The position numbers were made by a program, and so were the translations under genes. Shown one piece after another: positions 59,212-64,000 of a stretch of 64,000 nt of DNA. The stretch lies in assembly GCF_009914755.1 (NCBI RefSeq), contig NC_060941.1. One strand, 5' to 3'. Under the pieces are notes generated by a model. That model did not search any database and had not been told where the DNA came from. It saw nothing but the letters and a program-made list of their open reading frames with translations. Position 1 is the first letter of the stretch. Each line of letters opens with the position of its first letter. The stretch comes from the human T2T-CHM13v2.0 reference genome, Homo sapiens.

Positions 59212-61127
59212 TGATTATCCTAAACCCCAGGGAACTCGCTGTTTTCTCTGATGGCTGGTATGCGCATGGTACTCGGGTTATAGGGGCTGGCAAAGAGGGT
59301 CAGAAGTAGCCCTCTAACCAGTGCACTGGTTTCTACATGCTGCAGAGAAGTGGCCCAGTCATCACATCCTTTTCCATCCTCCCAGATAACCCGCATCAGT
59401 TCATCTGGGTGTGCTGTGGATTGCAAGGCATGAAGATTGACTATCTGTAATTGTTTCTGCAGGAGGCAAGCTGCAGGAGACGGAGGGAGGTAGAGCGAGG
59501 GGCCAAGTACACAGAGAGCAGGGCCTGTGAGGAGAGGATTGTCCCCCACTCTCCCTCTCCAGTTTCCTCTCTTTAGAAAGAAAAAGGAATGGACAGGGTC
59601 AGCAGAATCTGGAGGCTGCGTTGAAGCTGCCCGTGCTTCTGAACGAAGCAGCCAGTGCCGCTCGACCATCTGGGACACCCGTGGAATTCAGGGCCCCTCT
59701 CAGGACATTCAGGGCATGTGGACAAGGTCAGCCACAGGGTGAGGGAGATGGGTAGAGAAAAAGATAACAGGAAATGAATAAGAAAGGGAGCTGCAAAGAG
59801 AAAAAAGAGAGCTGGAGAGGAGTAAAGAGGTGAAGGCCCTGTTTCCTGTCCTTGGATTCTTACAGCTCTGCTCACAGCAGCTTCATTTCACACAGTGGCA
59901 CCGACAACTGATGTGACCGCTTGGGGAGGCAGTAGTGGCGGGAGAAGGCTGGGTTGGGGACCAACTGGGTATGGCATGAGTTTCTGAACCTGGAGAACCT
60001 GAAGCCTGATGATCCCTGATGGGAGATGACAACAGGTGGACTGAGCCACTGAGGGGAGGGAGGCGAGCTGGGAGGGGAGGGGGGGGTTCCACGGCAAGCA
60101 TGTGAATGAGGACACTGGTGGCTGGAGTCCTGGGAGCACCGCAGTCTCCTTTTGGGGTTGATCGGAGCCCTTGGCAGCTTGGGCAGCAGCCATTCATTGC
60201 TGTCTTCATTTTATTAACTTTAATTTGTAACTGGGTTGATCAGCAACTGTTCTTCCTGGAGGGTGTAATTAGGGTTATAAATAAAGTCAAGTGGAGAGTT
60301 TGGACAACCAAGGGCTGTGCATTCTGTGCTATACTGAGCCCGGGGCCCCCCATGACACCCTCCCTGGAGGACGCCATTTTCCAGCAATAGGTTTGTTGCC
60401 TCATTGACTCAAAGGGAAGGCTGAAGTCGCACAGAACCTCATACTTCATGATTTGGAAGGAGTCAGCGTTGGCAACCTTGATCTTCTAGAAACCAGCCAT
60501 TTGGGGTATTTCCTGGTGGAGCCTTTTTAATTTAGAGCCCACAGCATTCAATTGATCCCAGATGTCCCAGCTCTTCCTTGAACCATCCAGGTATAGTGCA
60601 TGCTCCTCCCCACCTACCCCATCCAGGCTGGACCCAAGGTCTCTCAGATCTGACTGCTTCTCTCCACCCCTACTGCCCAGGCTTTAGTTCAAGGACAACT
60701 CAGTTTCCCTCTGGATTATTCCTTGGTCCTCCTGGTCTCCCATGGCCCTCTCACTGTCTCCAAAGTAACCATCCTAAAGTACAAATATCTCCTTGTTACA
60801 GCACTCCAGGACAACCCCAAACAGCCAGCCCCTCACATCTCTTGCCTTTGCACATGCAGTTTCCTTCTCTTTGAATTTGTGTCTCTCTCTTGCCCTTACA
60901 CGTCCATCATTGCTTGGTCTGAAATTGGTCCTCTACTCTCTTAAATCCTGTGTGTCAGTGTCATTCTGGATTTGCAGATGCATTTTGGACAGGGATCGTA
61001 TCTCTGAATTTTTTTTCTCTAAGGTCTATCCCAGATAAGGCCCATATATAGATGTTCTAGGTGATAAGGTTCTAAATGTTCTATGTGATAAAGCTGCTGC
61101 TGTATATGTGGCTAAGTGTTGAAACCA

Positions 61128-61336
61128 ACACTCTCCAATAAAACTTTACGTGGCGATGGAAATGTCCCATATCTGCCATGTCCAATATGGTAGCCACTAA
61201 CAACATGTGGCGATTGAGCATTTCAAATATGACTATTGCAGTGAAGGAACTAAATTCATGGTATTGAATTTTAACTTAAGTAATTTAAATTCAAATAGCC
61301 ACATCTGGCTAGTGGCTACCATATTGGACAGCACAG
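61128..61336 (+). mobile_element. MER3
   Basis: tccaatatggtagccacta...tggctagtggctaccatattggacagcacag. Confidence 0.9.
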
Positions 61337-61449
61337 GTTTGGCTTAAGCCAACTTGGAATAAGGGTTAGTTAACAAGACTTCCTGCCTGTATCAAATTCA
61401 GCACCTCACAGCTATTTTTCAATCTTTGAATAAAATAAATAGCAGTAAC

Positions 61450-61480
61450 AACAATATTTAATCCAGGATTAAATATTGTT
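61450..61480. repeat. Perfect inverted repeat, 15-bp arms, 1-bp spacer
   Basis: AACAATATTTAATCC-A-GGATTAAATATTGTT. Confidence 0.95.
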
Positions 61481-61606
61481 TTGATAGCTCAGACTGGGGC
61501 AATGTCACAGGCTTATCATCCCAGGCAAACTTTTGATAGTCCAGGGCAATTTCATCTGTTTAAAACATGCTGAGGCTGGCGGTATCTTGCCAGCAAATGC
61601 CTTCTA

Positions 61607-62044
<438 letters not shown>

Positions 62045-62591
62045 TTATATCCCGAGAGTCTTACAGGGAAGATCTGAATTTATCCTAAAAAGGTTATTTA
62101 TTGGCCCAGCCCTAAAAACTTTAAAACAGGGGTAGAAATAGGACTAGTTCAGCAGATGTGCAGTGCCAGGCTGTTAGGTTTCCTTAACTCTTGCTCCAAG
62201 GGTAGATCCTTTCTTCTGCCTGTACTTTCTTGGCAATTAGCAATGTGTCTGAATACAAAAAGAAAGCTTAATCCTTTCTTTCTGGGCAGCTGCATCCTTT
62301 GAGTTACGGAAGCCCGGAGCTCTCTGGTGACTGATGGCAAGGTGGAACAATGGGTCAGACAGGGAGGTGAGAGCAGGGGTAGGACACTGACAGCAAAAAT
62401 ACAAAGTTCTCCAGCTCCAGTGCCTACCCCAGTTATCAGCCTGTGCTAATGAAAAGTGACGACTCAGGAAAAGAAACTCTCAGCTGCCTTGGCCTCTAGA
62501 AGAAATGGTTTTGATGGGGGTCGGGGAGCAGCAGGCTGGGGAATAGGATGAGGCTGCCAGCATGGCAGTAGCTCTGTTTAAAAACACCCTT

Positions 62592-62899
62592 GGCCAGGCG
62601 CGTGGCTCACGTCTGTAACCCCAGCACTTTGGGAGGCTGAGGTGTGTCAATCACCTGAGGAGTTCGAGACCAGCCTGACCAATATGGTGAAACCCCATCT
62701 CTACTAAAAATACAAAAATTAACCGGGCGTGGTGGCATGTACCCGGCACTCAGGAGGCTGAGACAGGAGAATTGCTTGAACCTGGGAGGCAGAGGTTTCA
62801 GTGAGCCGAGATCGCATCACTGCACTCCAGCCTAAGCCACAGAGCGAGATTCCGTCTAAAAAACAAACAAACAAAAAAAAAACAAAACAAAAACAAAAA
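62592..62899 (+). mobile_element. AluS
   Basis: TSD aaaaacac(c/t)ct. Confidence 0.94.
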
Positions 62900-63239
62900 C
62901 ACTCTCACAGGATGGGAAGAGCTAACAAAAGGAAAATAATTATAGCATTTTAGCCAACACTGTATCTGCTTAAACTCACATATAAATAGATCCTTAAGCC
63001 CTTCTCTACTCGGCATAGCCACTTTAACCTCATCCATGAGCAGGGACTTTGAGGGGGCAGGAGAATGTTTTCTGGTGAAGCAAAGAACCGCCCCCACAAC
63101 CAAAGCACCACACAAACTTACGAAAAAAACAAACAACAACAACAACACCAAAAAAACAAACAAACCCTGCTCAGTCCCTGGGGAAGAGAAAAGGCCAGGA
63201 TATGGAACAGGGAGGGAAGGGCTGCATTCAAAATCCCGT

Positions 63240-63856
63240 CCTACCCATACATTGTAAAATGGTACAACCACTTTAGGAAACAGTTGGGTGGTTTCTTTAA
63301 AAGTGAAACATACACTTACCATGTGACCCAGCAATCCCTCTTCTAGTTACTAATGCGAGAGAAATGAACACATGCATCCACATGATGATTTATATACAAA
63401 TGTTCATAACTGCTTTACTCATAATAGCTGCCAACTGGAAACAACCCAGATGTCCAAACACAGGTGAATGGCTACACAAACTATAACATATCCATATAAT
63501 GGAATATATTACTCTGCAATAACAAGGAAAGAACTATGATAGACGCAACAATATGAACGAATCTTGAAATCATTAGGCTGAGGGGGAAAAGTCAGAGGTA
63601 AGAGTAGAGTAGAAACTGTATGGTAACGTATACAAAACATGCAAATCTGATCTGTCATGACAGAAAGCAGATTGGTGCTTGCCTGGGGCCAGGGAAGGGG
63701 CATGACTGACTCAGAAGGGGCCACAGGGAACCTTTCAGGGTAACGGAAATGTTCTCTACTTTGGTTATTGTGGTAGGTATGCAAACATACAACAGTGCAC
63801 CTAAAATGGGCACATTTTGTTGTGCGTAAGTTAGACCTCAACAAAGTTGACTTAAG
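63240..63856 (+). mobile_element. L1M (MB/MC/ME-type) 3' end
   Basis: tgtaaaatggtacaaccactttaggaaacagtt, atgtgacccagcaatcc, ttagacctcaacaaagttgac. Confidence 0.88.
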
Positions 63857-64000
63857 AAATAATTCCTTCCCGAGAGCCTGGCCTACGAGGTGCGGGCAAG
63901 CAGAGAGGCCTCCCTCAAGGCACTGGCGATACTGCCAAGCTGGAAAAACGGCTCGCTGGCAGCCTGGAAAAGGCCGTTCTCTGGCTCTTGATCCTTAAAA

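Overview
Human (primate) genomic DNA, recognisable as the WFIKKN2–TOB1–TOB1-AS1 locus (17q21.33 from recall). It contains the last 50 codons and 3' UTR of WFIKKN2 (+). A processed RPL5 pseudogene follows (+), interrupted by a MaLR (MST-type) LTR and an Alu. The complete TOB1 gene (-) has a non-coding exon 1 in a CpG island, a 1.9 kb intron, one 345-aa coding exon and a 3' UTR with two poly(A) regions and several miRNA 8mer sites. The divergent lncRNA TOB1-AS1 starts at the same CpG island. The remainder is dense in interspersed repeats (about 50 Alus plus MIR, L2, old L1, MLT1/ERVL LTRs, MER3). Apart from the TOB1 ORF, the ORF-track entries look like Alu-, GC-richness- or low-complexity-derived artefacts. 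I found no support for a new multi-gene system. The best leads are cis-regulatory: a TOB1 5' UTR uORF + U28 tract + NAGNAG module, alternative polyadenylation that would delete overlapping miRNA sites, near-perfect palindromes, a tandem Kozak repeat at a TE junction, a very young AluYa5-lineage insertion and nested-TE chronologies. Repeat boundaries and subfamilies are by eye and approximate.
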